A DNA stretch of 64,000 nucleotides. It comes from Cetorhinus maximus (taxonomy: Eukaryota). Positions 20,561 through 34,224 of the stretch are shown here, piece after piece. Location: contig NW_027596135.1 in NCBI RefSeq assembly GCF_964194155.1, positions 124,001 through 188,000 of the forward strand, read 5' to 3'. Each line of letters starts with the position of its first letter. Within the stretch, counting starts at the first letter, position 1. The notes under the pieces were generated by a model. The model ran no database searches, was not told where the DNA came from, and worked only from the letters and a program-made list of their open reading frames with translations. Both the position numbers and the translations under genes were made by a program.

Positions 20561-21094
20561 GAGAGAGAGAGAGGGGGAGAGAGAGAAAAATGTCCCCTTT
20601 CTTCTTCAATCCCCCCTTTCCACCCCCAGTCACCCCCTCCTCGCCCCAAACGAAACAGAAAGAAAAGCCTCGCCCAAATCCAAACACCCTAAAACATTCA
20701 ACAGAGCCCATTTTATAAGAGAAAAAGCGCCCTCCCTCCTTCCACCCCCCCCCCCCAGCACCACCATTTTATTTAAAACCAACCCCTCCTTTCCTTCCTT
20801 GGGAGAAAATACCAATAAAATCCCCTTTTAAAATCAATTTAACAGCATGAAATGCACAAATTGGAGAGATTAAAGGTAAAATGTGGGATGGAAGAGGGGG
20901 AGGGCCCGCCATTTTAATTTAATTTTTTGTTTCTGGGAGGAGGGGGTTTCTGGTTTTAAGTTTTCAAAAAAAAAGGGGGAGGGGGGATTTTCTGCCCCTT
21001 TTTTGAAATAAAATCAAGATAAAGGACCTTGAAGAGGAGTGGAGTCACCAGCTGCCTCTCCCCCAGACAAGGTCTGCCCTTTTATTATCCATTA

Positions 21095-21345
21095 TTTCCC
21101 TCCCCCTAAATTTACTGGGGGGGGGGGGAGGGGGAACTGTAAATTGCTTTGGATTGGATTCCCTCGCCCCGTCCACCCCTTTTCCTGAATTTAGGGGGCG
21201 GGGGGGGAAATAGAGGTTGGGTACTGTAAATTGCTTTGGATTGGATTCGATTCTTCCCCCTCCCCTTAAATTTAAGGGAAAAAAATAGAGGTTGGGGTCT
21301 GTAAATTGCTTTGGATTGGATTTCCTCTGAACCCCTCCCCCCTCA
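21095..21345. repeat. About 80-bp triplicated unit in HUWE1 intron 1
   Basis: ctgtaaattgctttggattggatt occurs at 21137, 21224 and 21299. Confidence 0.9.
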
Positions 21346-21650
21346 AAAAAAGTCTCTGGCGATGTGTGTCTATATTTATTTGTATGTTTGGGGGGAGGGG
21401 GGGGGTTTGCGGGGGGAGAAGGTTGGTTGGCTGGTTGTGGAGCCTGAGGCCCTGTGCAGGGACTGACTAAGCACCAAGGGCTGACACACACAGCCTTCTC
21501 TCTTCCTCCACACTGCTCGCCGGAGCAGGCCGCCACTCGCCACAGTTCCCGTTCCCAGCGCCTTTTTTAATATATATTTTTGCAAAGAAGAGAATGGATC
21601 TCATCTAATCCCGCAGTGCTATATGTTTTCTTTCTCTTTTGTCCGTATAG

Positions 21651-21746
21651 ATCTGAAACGCTTACGGGAGATTTTTTTTACTGTTTAAAAAAAAAACTAT
21701 TTGTATGTTCATCCAAATGGCGTAAGGCACACCAGGCTTCGAGGAG
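21651..21746 (+). other. HUWE1: Putative HUWE1 non-coding exon 2
   Basis: Branch-like ctaat, long polypyrimidine tract, acceptor ...gtccgtatag and donor GAG|gtaaag, in repeat-free sequence. Confidence 0.6.
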
Positions 21747-22859
21747 GTAAAGAAAATAAGCTTGTTGTAAAGGGGGATAATGCAAAGACATGCTGAGGAA
21801 ACGAACTGTTTGTTTATTTTTAAAATGTTTATTTTTTACTTTTAACCTGAAGCTTTTTTTCTCGTTTTAAAAAAAAAGTGCGAAGCGTTCTAATATCGAG
21901 ATATATTTTGGCTTCAGTTCTAGAGGATGTCAGTCTGTGTGCAGCAATGTGCTTTTTTTATTTAAAAAAGAATTAGTTTGGTTTTGGGAGAGCATTTTTT
22001 TGTTGTTGCAGGAGTGCTGGTTCTGGAAGGTGTAATTTTCCCCTGCAGTGAGCTGATAGAATGTGTGAAGGTGTTTGAAAAATTGATGTTTCATTTTCAA
22101 GAAAAGATTTTGCCCTAGCATTGTGTGCGTATGTGTACATGACTTTGATGGCAAAACTGTTCCTTTTAAGTGCACTAGTAAAGATACTCTTATTAGATAC
22201 AGCTATTGAAATGGTCTTTTCTGAAATGCAGGCATTCTTCTCCCTACTGTGATTTTAAATTATATTAATGTTTCATGTGGTATGGCACAAGTTGATTTCT
22301 GTTCAGTACCTTTTAAATAAAATAGTTGCAGAAGATTTAAGTCTTTTGGAGAATCTGAAGACTGCATTTAAGTGCTGTATTTTATTTTGGATTTTTAACA
22401 GGTCGTCTCGGCTTTACTTCCTCTTAATTACACGTGGTTTTGAGTTGCAGACATTAAGGTAGAAATTGCTTGGGGGCTGAATGATTTTACTTAATGATTT
22501 TTGAAACATCTCGTTTCTAAATATGGGGCAGTCTACCAGGGTGATAAATTTTTTTAAAAATTGTGCCCCTTTTGAGGAGCACATTTCTCTGCTGGATCAT
22601 GTCTATAGAGTCATGGGTACACCTCAACATGACAGCAGCTGAATGGTAGTTTATTCAGTCCTGTGGTTTTTATTCGCCAATCTCCCTCCAGCCCCATCGG
22701 AAAATTGGAGTGGAGTACAGGCTAGTGGTCTAACCGTTAACCAGCTAGGCCTGAGTTTAGGTGGAGCTGAGTGTGTGGAAGCAGCATTTAAATGAGGTTG
22801 AACTGTCTTCACACATGCAGTTTTTATGCCCTTGTTACCTCCAGACTTGACCATCTAAG

Positions 22860-23390
22860 CGTTCTGCTGTCTGGCCTCCCTCCTTGCACCCTCTAAACTT
22901 GAGCTTATCCAAGCCTCAGCGACCTGCGACCTAACTCGCACCAAGCTCTGCTCATCCACCCCCCACCCCACCTCAGCCCTTCCAATCCTTGCCAACCTAC
23001 ATTTGCTCCTTGTCTGGCGATGCTTTGGTTTTTAATGTTCCCACCCTTGTGTTCAAACCCATTCGTGGCTCGTCCTCCCAATCCCTATAACCAGCTGCAA
23101 CCCTCAGAGATCTCTGCACTCCTCCAATTCCAGTCTTTTGCACATCACCGATTCCATCGTTCCTTCATCGTGCCTTCACCTGCTTGGAGCCCTAAAGCTC
23201 TGGAATTCCCTCCCTAAACCGCTCTGCCTTTCTCTCTCCTCCTCCTTTAAGCTGCTCCTTCAAACCTACCTCTTTGACTGAGCTTTCGGCCTCCTGTCCC
23301 TCATATCTCTGTGGCTCAGTGTCAAATTCTGCCAGCTAACGCTTTATGGAAGAGTCTCGGGGTGTGAAAGGCGAGATATAAATGAACATT
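22860..23390 (+). mobile_element. L2 LINE 3' fragment
   Basis: Typical L2 end: ctctggaattccctccctaaacc...aaacctacctctttgac...aaaggcgagatataaatg. Confidence 0.7.
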
Positions 23391-24194
23391 TTTGTCTTGA
23401 TGCATCTAATACCGTTTCTGTTGGCATGAAGGCTCCCATGCATTCAGCCTCTCAAAAACGTTTTTGCCTCGACAGGGCCCTTTTGTACATCAGCTCCAAG
23501 ATCCAGTGATTCTACCCAAGTGCGGTGGAGTTTGATCGAGATTAGTTAGAGGGCCAGTTAACACGTCTGAAGTGCTGCATTGGGAGCAAGCCTGTGGGGC
23601 TGCCCCTTATCCCTGGCGAAACACAGCAGACCAGAATAGGGTTTATGCAATACAATCTACCTGTATCATGGCTGTAAACTCTTAAACAAGGTGCCAAGTG
23701 GTAGACTTGTCATTTTTATTAACTGATAGAATGGGACGATGTAGTGAGCAGAATGTCAGGAGATATGTGTTGCACATATCACTGACCTGGCACCGATGCA
23801 CAGCACTGACCTAGATGGCGAATTGTGTGGTCACCTTACATGACCTCCAAATGAGTGTTTTTCATTCTAGAATTTTCTCCCAGCACGATGCAGTGCAAGA
23901 AGCCTCAGGAGCCAGCATGTCCATTTGGTGTTGTCCCTTTTGGCTGTGAAATCACTTTGGTTTTGTAAATGTCTTTTATTTTGTGAACTTTGCTGAGATT
24001 TATTCATGATTTTCAGTGCCCAAAGCAGTGTTGGGAAATGCAAGGCAGGGGTGACTGAGGTTGACCTCTGTTGAGTTGGGATGCAGCCCCTATGCACCCT
24101 CAGCTGATTAGGAATGTGCAAACTGGGTGATCTAGTTGAATCTTGCGCTCCAGAAGGAGACCATTCAGCCCATTGTGCCTGTGCTAGCTCTTTG

Positions 24195-24646
24195 ATTGTC
24201 CAATGGCGAAAGATTAAATAGACTGGGTCTTCACTCTCTGGAGTTTAGAAAAATGAGAGGTGATCTCATTCAAACATACAAAATTCTTGCAGGGCTCGAC
24301 AGGGTAGATGCAGGAAGGAAGTTCCCCCCCCCCTGGCTGGGGTGGGTGGGGAGGGGGGTGGGTCTAGAACCAGGGGACAGCGTCTCAGAAATTAGGGGCA
24401 GGCCATTTAGAACTGAGACGAGGAGGAATTTTTTAAGTCAGAGGATGGTGAATCTTTGGAATTCTCTAACCCAGAGAGCGATGGAGGCTCAGACAGAGAT
24501 CGATAGATTTCTACATATTAAAAACATCAAGGGATACGGGGATAGTGCAGGAAAATAGTGCTGAAGGTGATGATCAGCCATGATCTCATTGACTGACAGA
24601 GTGGACTCAAAGGGCTGAATGGCCTATTCCTCCTTGTGTTCTTATG
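24195..24646 (+). mobile_element. CR1 3' fragment
   Basis: Encodes ERLNRLGLHSLEFRKMRGDLIQTYKIL...RRNFLSQRMVNLWNSL. Confidence 0.9.
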
Positions 24647-25089
24647 ATAGAATTCTCTAATGGGCCTCACTCCCTTGCTCTTTCCCCCAAGCCCTGTAAT
24701 TTTAAGAAACAATTTTCAAGTATTTATCCAGTTCCCTTTGGAAAGCTACAGCTGAATCTGCTTCTGTCGCCCTTTCAGGCAGTGCAGTGCATTCCAGATC
24801 GCGACTGTTTGCATTTTAAAAGAACCAGAGAGTTTTTTTACTGAGTCTCTTCAACCTGTGTCCCCCGCCTCTGGTTACCAACCCTCCTGCCACTGGAAAC
24901 GGTTTCTCCTTATTTACTCTGTAAACTTTGGATACCTCTGTTAAGTCTCCACTTAACCATCTCTGCTCCAGGAAGAACACTCCAGGTTATCGACTCTCCC
25001 CATATTAACTGAAGCCCCTCGGCCCCTGGTGCCATTGTAGTAAATCTCCTCCGCATCCCCTCCAAGGCTTTGACGACCCTATCTGAAAA

Positions 25090-25502
25090 GAAAGACTTGC
25101 ACTTATATCGCGCCTTTCTCGACCACTGTATGTCTCAAAGTGCTTTACAGCCATTTAAGTCACTTTTTGAAGTGCGGTCACTGTTGTAATGTAGGAGGCG
25201 CTGCAGCCAATTTGCACACAGCAAGCTCCCACAAACAGTAACGTTGCTGCAGGGCTAAATATTGGCCAGGGTACCGGGATAACTCTCTTGCTCCTCTTTG
25301 AAATAGTGCCATGGAATCTTTTACATCCACCCAAGCTAGCAGATGGGACCTTGATTTAACGGCTCATCCAAAAGGCGGCACCTCTGACGGTGTGGAACTC
25401 CCTCAGTACTGCACTGGAATGTCAGCCTTGATTTTTGTGCTCACACCCGAGAGTGGACCTTGAAGCCAGAACCTTGTGACTCAGAGGAGAGTGCTACCAA
25501 CT
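25090..25502 (-). mobile_element. Near full-length DeuSINE-like SINE
   Basis: Contains the Deu-domain-like core tttaacggctcatccaaaaggcggcacctctgacggtgtggaactccctcagtactgcactgg, a tRNA-like head at the right end and an L2-like tail at the left end. Confidence 0.75.
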
Positions 25503-25540
25503 TGAGACGCAGCTGGCACCTAAAGTGAGGTGCCCTGAGT

Positions 25541-25726
25541 TTTGTTTTATTCATGGGACGTGGGCGTCGCTGGCTAGGCCAGCATTTATTGCCTATCCCT
25601 AATTGCCCTTGTCCAGAGAGCATTTAAAAGTCAGCCACATTGCTGTGGGTCTGGAGTCACATGTAGGCCAGACCGGGTAAGGACGGCAGATTTCCTTCCC
25701 TAAAAGGACATTAGTAAACCAGATGA
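25541..25726 (-). mobile_element. tRNA-SINE family A, 3' half
   Basis: Core and tail motifs present. Confidence 0.85.
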
Positions 25727-26419
25727 GTTAGTTGGGCACAATGCTCTGGTTGAGACCTGGACAGTGATTGATTGGGGAAAAAGCTTTAGCGTAACCTCTT
25801 GTCGAGTTGGTCAGGAAAATCAGTTCAGTTGAGCAGTTCCTTGATAAGTGTGGTGTTTAGTGTAGAACTAGGAGAGTCCCAGATTCACACCCCTGGCGGT
25901 AGGATGGAGATGGATTCGCACGTCTGGGCCAGGGAAGGAAAAATCCACCAGGATTCCCACTCCCTATCATGAGGGCTTCCTGTGTTTGTGTGTGTGTAAA
26001 ATATACTTTGGCCATGATGGCCTTCTTTCGGTTTGGAGATGAATGACCAGGGGAATGAGTCATCAGTGGGCAGCTTGTCAAACCCTGGGCCCTAGCATGA
26101 GTCAGAGATGGGGAAGTTTTTATATATATATATAAGAAAAAGTTTGTGAGATGATGCAGTAGCAATCAACCACATGACATGATTTTACAAAGAACTGCTG
26201 GGGTGCAGTACCGAGTTTGTACTATTAGCTCTAACAAAGTTTCAACTGCATTGATCTGGGCTCATCACTCTGTTGAATAGTCAGTGCTGGTACCCATTAT
26301 CTGGTTTTTGAGTCCTTTCACCCTTAGTGAAGCCTTTGAAAGGTCTATTGGCTCTACAATAGACTTGCTGCAGTCTTGTAGCTGTGTGGAACGTGCTTAA
26401 AATTGCTTGGCAATTGGTT

Positions 26420-27153
26420 TCTTGACTCCCCACAGCCTGTCCACCATCCACATGGCACAAGTCAGGAGTGTGATGGAATGCTCCCCACTTGCCTGGGTGA
26501 GTGCAGCTCCAACAACGTTCAAGAAGCTCGACACCATCCAGGACAAAGCAACCCCACTTGATTGACACCCCATCCGCCACCATCAACATCCACTCCTTCC
26601 ACCAATGAGGCACAGTGGCAGCAGTGTGTGTATCAACCACAAGATGCACTTCAGCGATTCACCAAGGTTCCTTCGACAACCAAACCAGTGACATCTACCA
26701 TCTAGAACGATAAGGGCAGCATGGGAACACCACCACCTGCAAGTTATCCTCCAAGCCACTCACCATCCTGACTTGGAAATATGTCGGCCGTTCCTTCACT
26801 GTCACTGGGTCAAAATCCTGAACTCCCTCACTAACAGCACTGTGGGTGTTCCTACACCACATGCACTGCAGTGGTTCAAGGAGGCGACTCACCACCACCT
26901 TCTCAAGGGGCAATTAGGGATGGACAATAAATGCTGGCCTTGTTTCCACCCAAGAGTTAACACTTGTCCCATCTGGTTCGCTAATGTCCTTTAGGGGAGG
27001 AAATCTGCTGTCCTTACCTGGCCTGGCCTACTTGGGGCTCCAGACCCATAGCAACGTGGGTGAATCTTAAATGCCCCTCTGTGAAGGGAATTAGGGATGG
27101 GCAATAAATGCTGGGCAGCGAAGCCCACATCCCATGAACGAATAATAAAAAAA
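26420..27153 (+). mobile_element. Family B LINE 3' fragment followed by a SINE A 3' half
   Basis: Same motifs as 6810-7385 and 61630-62450. Confidence 0.85.
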
Positions 27154-28595
27154 ACTTGTGTAAAACCTTTGAAATTGGTCAGCACTTGGCTGCCTGAGGG
27201 CAAGAAGCTATTCTGCTGTGATGTGATGCAAAGGGATCTCTGATGCTTCTGACTCTATTCCGCTGCTTCCCCCTGCAACCTGTGAATTTGTGATGACATT
27301 AACTCTGCTTTGGCAAGATACGAAGTGGGGCGTGTTGTCGTCCTCCCCTCCCACCAAGTCCCCAACTCTGACGCACCTTTCACAAAGGCGCTGGGGTCCC
27401 AACTGCCTGAGTGAGGCAACTGCTCGCACGCGAAGACAAGATCGAGGTGCCTCCCCACACAAAATGAAAGTGCATTCGGCCATCCAGGGCTGACAGCTCT
27501 GCATTGAGGCTGCCATTTACTGCAGTTGGTTTATCCCATGGACACGAGCGCATTTCAAGCATTTGCTCGTGGGGTAGTTTCCTGCACCGGTTATTTTGCA
27601 GGCACTTGATTCATTCTCCGGATGTGGATGCCGCTGGCAAGGCCACGACAATTCCCCCGTTTCCAGTTGCCCCCTGAAAGCAGTGGCTTGCTGTTGCCTT
27701 GAAGCAGTTGGGACATAGGAGCCGTCGGAGGCCATTCAACCCATCGAGCCTGTTCCGCCATCGAGCCTTGACCTGTATCTCAACATTGTTTGCCCGCCAT
27801 TTCCCTTGGTGCCCTCACTTGACAAAAATCTACCAACCTCCGTGCTGAAAGTTCTGTTTGACCTGGCATTGGCAGCCTTTTAAGGCTTGTTAGGCTACTG
27901 GATGAGTCTCTTGTAGCCTGATTGGGTGGTGGACAGTTTTGCCTACCCTGAAACCATCTTAGGTGTTTATGGCAAGCCCGTCACTTTCGTCATTGCATTC
28001 CTTGTGTCTTTCAGCCTTGCGCGCATCCTCCCCCCTGCTAAAGATTTATTGAATGAGGATTACGCAGCTTGTCATGATGGAGTTGGCTAGGGTAGTGTCG
28101 TTCGGAAGACTAGCATTTCCACAGCCCTTTTCACAAACTCAGGGTGTCCCAAACCCCTTTACAGCCTATGACGTACTTATGGAGTTTTAGCCGTTCTTGT
28201 AATCTAAAGTCGCCATGGCCAGGTTTGCTTCAGGAGTGGTATGATTTGGCAGCACCAAGTTATCCTGCTGCCTGTGCGTTGTTTTGTAACTGCAGGAAAG
28301 CAGACGTGTATGGCTTCTAGGCTTTAAGCAGCTGAATGCTGGTGATGGTTAGAACACTTTGAGGGGCTGGCTGCCTATTGACCTGGGAACATTAACGTTA
28401 AAAATGTAGAGCCCTAACTCCTGGATATACAGACATAAGTAAATGTCGAACACAACCAGATCCACTGGTCTGTCCAGCTTGTTCCATGCAGTTGTGATGC
28501 CTGATGAATCAAGAAGCAGACGCTCTTTGCCTAGTATAAGCCATGTAATCTTCTGTTGAGAAGTGAGAAAGCAGATTTAGAAAGTCAAGATGGGA

Positions 28596-29230
28596 ACATA
28601 TGAATTAGGAACAGGAGTAGGCCATTCAGCCCCTTTGAGCCTGCTCCACCATTCAATAAGATGTGACTGATCTGATTGTGGCCTCAACTCCACTTTCCTG
28701 TCTACTCCTTATAACCCTTTGACTCTCTTGTCGATCAAAAATCGTGTCTAACTCAGCCTTGAATATATTCAGTGAGCCGGCCTCCACTGCTCTCTGGGGG
28801 GAGAGAATTCCACAGACTGACCACCCTCTGAGGGAAGAAATTCCTCCTCATCTCCATCTTCAATGGGAGACCCCTAATTTTTAAACTGAGTGCGCAAGTT
28901 CTCATCTCTCCCACAAGGGGAAGTATCCACCCTTATATGTTCTTATGTGTTTCAATAAGGTCACCTCTTATTCTTAACTCCAATGGATATAGGCCCAACC
29001 TGCTCAACCTTTCCTCATAAGATATCCCAGGAATTAATCGAGTGAGCCTTCTCTGAACTTCTGATGCAATTATATCTTTTTATCAACTAAGGAGACCAAA
29101 ACTGTACACACTACTCTTAAGTGTGGTCACACCAACACCCTGTGCAACAGTATCAAAACACCCCTAATTTTATATTCCATTCCCCTTGCAATAGACAACA
29201 GCATTCCATTTGCCTTCCCACTTTGCTAAT
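28596..29230 (-). mobile_element. CR1 3' fragment
   Basis: The tail starts aacatatgaattaggaacaggagtaggccattcagccc and is followed by the decayed ORF2 end. Confidence 0.85.
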
Positions 29231-29314
29231 TGCTTGCTGAGGAACCGAGGGGAAATTTCCCCCCCTCCTGCCACGCCCACCAAACCCAGGTGATCAGAAC
29301 TAGCGCAGGAGACC

Positions 29315-29960
29315 TCTTTCCTCTTAGGCAGTCTCTCGGGATTGAGGGTGACTTGCTCCTACTCTGGTTTGATGGATTTCTCGTCACTCAGAACTCGACG
29401 CTCGATCTGCAGACTGTGCCATGTGCCGGGCAGATGGTGCTTGAAGGGTTGGGCAGATGATACGTTTGGAGGTTTGCGCACTCCCTCTGATGTCTCGACT
29501 TCACCCCCGCGTGCTCCTGCCAAAGTCTCTCGAGGTGTTCAGTGTCTTCCCAAGTAACCCTTCTCCGTTTTGGTCACTCGCAAGCCAGTGACCTCCCTGA
29601 GTCAGTGGGGATGTCTGACCTCTTCGAGGACATCCTGGGAAGACTCCCGCCACGACCGAGTTCCGAGTGGAGCAGCAGCTTCGGGAGTCCAGTGTGAGCG
29701 CACGATTAATATGTCCTGCCCAGTGGAGCTGGTTTTGAGTGATTAACACCTCTGCTGGGGAGGATGGCTTGGCAACCGCTGTGGGGCTGTCTTTTCTTGC
29801 CACTGGATTCAGAAGATCTTGCCAAGTCCCCACTGCTGGTAACTCTTCAGTACACTGAGATGTCTGCTGTAGATTGTCCAAGTCTGGAGCACGTAGGAGC
29901 GTGGGGATCACTGCTGCTTGATAAACCATGATTTCGTCTCAGGTTCGAAATCCTGCTGCT
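29315..29960 (-). mobile_element. RTE-clade LINE 3' fragment
   Basis: Encodes VYQAAVIPTLL...QNQLHWAGHI; the RWAGH motif is typical of the RTE ORF C-terminus. Confidence 0.7.
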
Positions 29961-31494
29961 CAAAAACTGGGGTCGATCTTGTCCTTGTAAGGTGTATGTA
30001 TATCTGGCATTGGTCTCTTCCTCAGGCATGATGCTGCCTTGTCTAAGTTCAATGCCATTTCCCCCAACGCATTGAGATCCGAATGGTTTGCTCCCTTCCA
30101 CCATCCTAACACTTGCACAACTCTTCGTATCATCTGTCAACTTGTGGATTATTCTCCCAGCATCAGCATCTAGGTCATTGCTAAAGATGGTTTAAGAAAA
30201 AAGCAACGAAGGCCCTAATGCCCACAGCCATGAGATTGCAGTGGTAACTGGTCTCAAGTGGATTGGGGACCATCGATATCTCCCTACAGTTTTGTAACCA
30301 CTGGTTCCCACAGCAACTGGCTTGTAATTGACCTCTGGAAGTGAGCTTGTTTGGGCAAACAGGGTCTACCGAGTGATTTTTAGGGGCTTATGAAGCCTGG
30401 CGATTGGCAGGTTAAATACCGCGCTTTGTCGTTCTAATTTTTCGTACCAAATCATTGAACAGAAGGTCGGACTGTCATGTAAACTCCCTCGTGCGTTGAC
30501 CAAAAAAAAACTAGTCACACCGTTGTGCCATTGCACATCAGGATGAATTCTAAATCGCTTTAAATTTATACTCTGGTTAAATTATTGGTTTGAAGCAAGT
30601 TACATGACTGTGATCAAATCTGGGTTGTACACTTCTGGGCTTTGCTTTTCTGGTCACTGCTTTTTTTTGATTTTGGTCCCCGTTATTGCCTAGTTGGACC
30701 TCGTGTAAAGGTACTTTGGCTACCATCGTGAGCAGCAGCAGTAAGGAAGTGACTTCCAGTAGGGTGAACACGTTATGTAATCTCTAAGCAGTAGTGTGTA
30801 CCTACTGGCAAGTTGAAATATGCTGCATCGCAGGGCTGTGGTGTCAGAATGTTGGGATATAGCTTTGACTTGTACTATGCTCCCCAAGCAACACCTTCAT
30901 CCTAGTCTAAACCCTCTCAGCCTGTCCTCGCTGATGTCTTATGATCCCCAACCCACCCAGAAGATTTATAAATCTGGACCTCACCTGCAAGTTCTGCATT
31001 GCCACAATCTACCTTGTCTTTGCCAACTCCATTTAACGGTAACAGTACCTGTCTTCCAACTCTCGTCTCCCTCTTATCTGTTCTTAGCCAGCACAACTGG
31101 GCGCTCATTCTTTTCTTATTTCCCATTCCCCCAGCTTTCCCACATCTCTACTTGCCTTCCTTTTGGGCAAGGGTTTTTTATTTTTTTTCATGGGAGGTGG
31201 GCGTCGCTGGCTAGGCCAGCGTTGCCCGTCCCTAATTGCCCCTTGAGAAGGTGGTGGTGAGCCGCAATGCAGCATCGACTGATATGACAGGCATTTCTGG
31301 TTCAGTGAGGTGGGTGTCTCTGCTCTGGACACACCCCATTCTGGATCTCTCTCGAGAACAGGTAAAGGTAGATTTGCGACCAAGAAGAAACATGTCCGAT
31401 TCAGCGCCTGTCAGCAAAACAAGAACCATTTCTCTACCACCTTTTACAGCCTCAAGATATCCCAAAGTGCTCCACAGTCACTGAAGTCCTTTTG

Positions 31495-32618
31495 ATAAAG
31501 AAATAAAAGCTCATGGTATAGGGGGTCACATATTGGCATGGATAGAAGGTTTATCGCTCTCAGGAAGCAGAGAGCAGGCATAAATAGGTCTTTTTCAGGT
31601 TGGCAAGACATAATGAGTGGCGTGCCACAGGGATCAGTGCTGGGACCTCTGCTGTTTACAATTTATATAAATGACTTGGTTGAAGGAGTGGTTGCTAAAT
31701 TTGCTGATGAGACAAAGATAGATAGGAAAGTAAGTTACGAAGAGGGCAGAAGGAGGCTTTAAACGGATATAGATAGGTTAAGTGAGTGGGCAAAAATCTG
31801 GCAGATGTAGTATAATGTGGGAGAAGGTGAAATTGTCCATTTTAGCAGGAAGAATAAAAGGAAAGCACATTATCTAAATGGTGAGAGATTGCAGAGCTCT
31901 GAGGTGCAGAGGGATCTGGGTGCCCTCATGCATGAATCACAAAAGGCTGGTATGGAGGTACAGCAAGTAACTAGGAAAGCTCATAGAATGTTATCATTTA
32001 TTGCGAGGGGAATTGAACACAAAAGTAGGAAGGTTATGCTTCAGTTGTACAGGGCACTAGTGAGCCCACATTTGGAGTACTATGTACAGCATTGGCCACC
32101 TTATTTAAGGAAGGATGTAAATGTGTTGGAAGCAGTTCAGAGAAGGTTTACCAGACTAATACTTGGAATGGGTGGGTTGCCTTATGAGGAAAGGTTGGAC
32201 AGGTTAGGCTTGGATCTGCTGGAGTTTAGAAGAGTGAGAGGCGACTTGATTGAAACCTTTAAGACCCTGAGGGGTCTTGACAGGGTGGATGTGGAGAGGA
32301 TGTTTCCTCTTGTGGGAGAATCTAGAACTAGGGGTCACAGTTTAAAAATAAGGTGTCGCCCATTTAAAACGGATGAGGGGGAGTTTTTTCACTCGGGTCG
32401 TGAGTCTTTGGAACTTTCTCCCTGAAAAGGCGGTGGAAGCAGAGTCTTTGAATATTTTTAAGGCAGAGGTGGCTAGATTCTTGATAAGGAAGGGGGTGAA
32501 ACGTTATCGGGGGTAGGTGGGATGTAGATTTCAGGTTACTATCAGAGCAGCCATGATCTTATTAAATGGTGGAGCAGGCTTGAGGGGCTGAATGGCCTAC
32601 TTGTGCTCCTCGCTCGTA
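31495..32618 (+). mobile_element. CR1 LINE fragment, about 1.1 kb, reverse transcriptase to 3' tail
   Basis: Encodes SGVPQGSVLGPLLFTIYINDL...AKFADETK and LYRALVSPHLEY...LEAVQRRFTRLI, broken by stops. Confidence 0.95.
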
Positions 32619-32627
32619 TGAAAGAAA

Positions 32628-33250
32628 TATGAGAAACGGGGCAACCAATTTGCACACAGCAAGCTCCCAGACCAGCAATGTGATGATGATGGGGAGGCAA
32701 TGGCATGGTGGTATTGTCGCTGGACTAGTAATCCAGAGACCCAGGGTAATGCTCTGGGGACCGGGGTTCGAATCCCGCCACGGCAGATGGTGGAATTTGA
32801 ATTCAATAAAAATCTGGAATTAAAAGTCTCATGGTGACCATGAAACCATTGCCGATTGTTGTAAAAACCCACCTGGTTCACTAATGTCCTTTAGGGAAGG
32901 AAATCTGCTGTCCTTACCTGGCCTACATGGGACTGCAGACCCACAACAATGTGAATGGCTCTTAAAAATGCCCTCTGAACAGGGATGGGCAATAAATGCT
33001 GGCCTGGAATTAAAAAAAAAACCCAGATAATTTGCTTTTAGTGATGCTGATCGAGGGGTAAATATTGACCCAGACAGAGGAGAACTGGTCTGTTCTTTGG
33101 AACAGTGGTATGGGATGTTTAACCATCCACCTCTTGTTCGAAGAGGCCCCTCCGACGGTGCGGCGCTCCCTGGGTGCCGGCCTTCAGTACCGTGCTAGGA
33201 CAGTCGGTTGGGATTTTCATGCTCGTGCCACTGAAGTGGGGCTAGAATCC
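32628..33250 (-). mobile_element. DeuSINE-like relic with a + strand SINE A (32691-33020) nested inside
   Basis: ccaatttgcacacagcaagctccc lies left of the insertion and the Deu body continues on the right. The inserted SINE has A box tggcatggtgg and B box ggttcgaatcc. Confidence 0.75.
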
Positions 33251-34224
33251 ACAGTATTCCTGAGACTGGTGCAACCTGCTGCTTACCCATCTGCTAGGTT
33301 TAAGGATTTGTTGAAATTTGAGAACCGGTTTGTCAGCATCGTTGAAAGTGTCTACCCTAAGTCTGTGCCTACCCTAAGTTTTTTTTTGTTTTGGTGAATC
33401 AGTGGTTTCACTAAATACTCCAGGTTACCTTTCAGGGATCTGAATATTTAAAGCAGTTAAGTTTGCCTCGCGCTCGTTAGAACCGCCCCTTTGACCTGGC
33501 ATCCGAAGTTTCGTTTTCTACTGAACAGGCAATCATTCCAAACGTTCGGCATTGTTAATATGCAGCGTTCAGAATTGTGCATGCTGAGGTTTTTGTTTTG
33601 TTTTCTGTCCGGAAGCTTTGTCTGTTTGTGGGGAGTGTGTGGTTTGGGCAGATAGCGTGGCAACTCAGGCCTACGTTTTGTGAGCTCCATTTGGAAAACA
33701 TGCTGGGAGAGCAGAAAGGACCAAGGGAAGGACAGATGCGGGTGGCGGGTGCTGCGGTGGGGCAAACCTTTAATTTTGCCTTTCCTGCTCTCGTCGTGTG
33801 TGGAAGAGCAGCCACACAGGCCATGAGTCCAGGCACTCCAATGTGTCATGTTTTTAATCACATGCAAAGCAGTCTTTTTAAAGGAGGAAGCTTCTGACTT
33901 AATGCCCAGGCCCTCCCCACCCAGAGTCAAAACCGATGAGCATTTTGCTGTGGCAAAGTTCCCTACCTGAACAGTGAAACAAAGACCTGAGCTAGTTTTC
34001 CTTTAGACTTTGTTGCCTTGCAGACTCATGGTGACACTCCTTTTTCTTTTTAAAAAAGCAGAACAGTACGATTTGTTATGTGTATTAAGCTCCAGTCATC
34101 GTAAAATGGCCTGCATCTAATTTATCGTCACGGGGTCAGCTTGTGAAGCTCGTGTGTATTGCGCTCCCTAGTACCAAGAACAAACCTCTACTTTTCCTAT
34201 TGGCCCTGGGAAATTGAGTTCACT

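Noticed and set aside
20101-20831. ORFs over the CpG island
   Set aside because: GC-rich promoter sequence is depleted of stops, and there is no recognisable protein.
31538-32425. Active reverse transcriptase gene
   Set aside because: It is a 5'-truncated CR1 copy with stops, deletions and an altered catalytic motif (FADET).
32691-32790. tRNA gene (A and B boxes present)
   Set aside because: It is the head of a multi-copy SINE and continues into the SINE body, with no complete cloverleaf.
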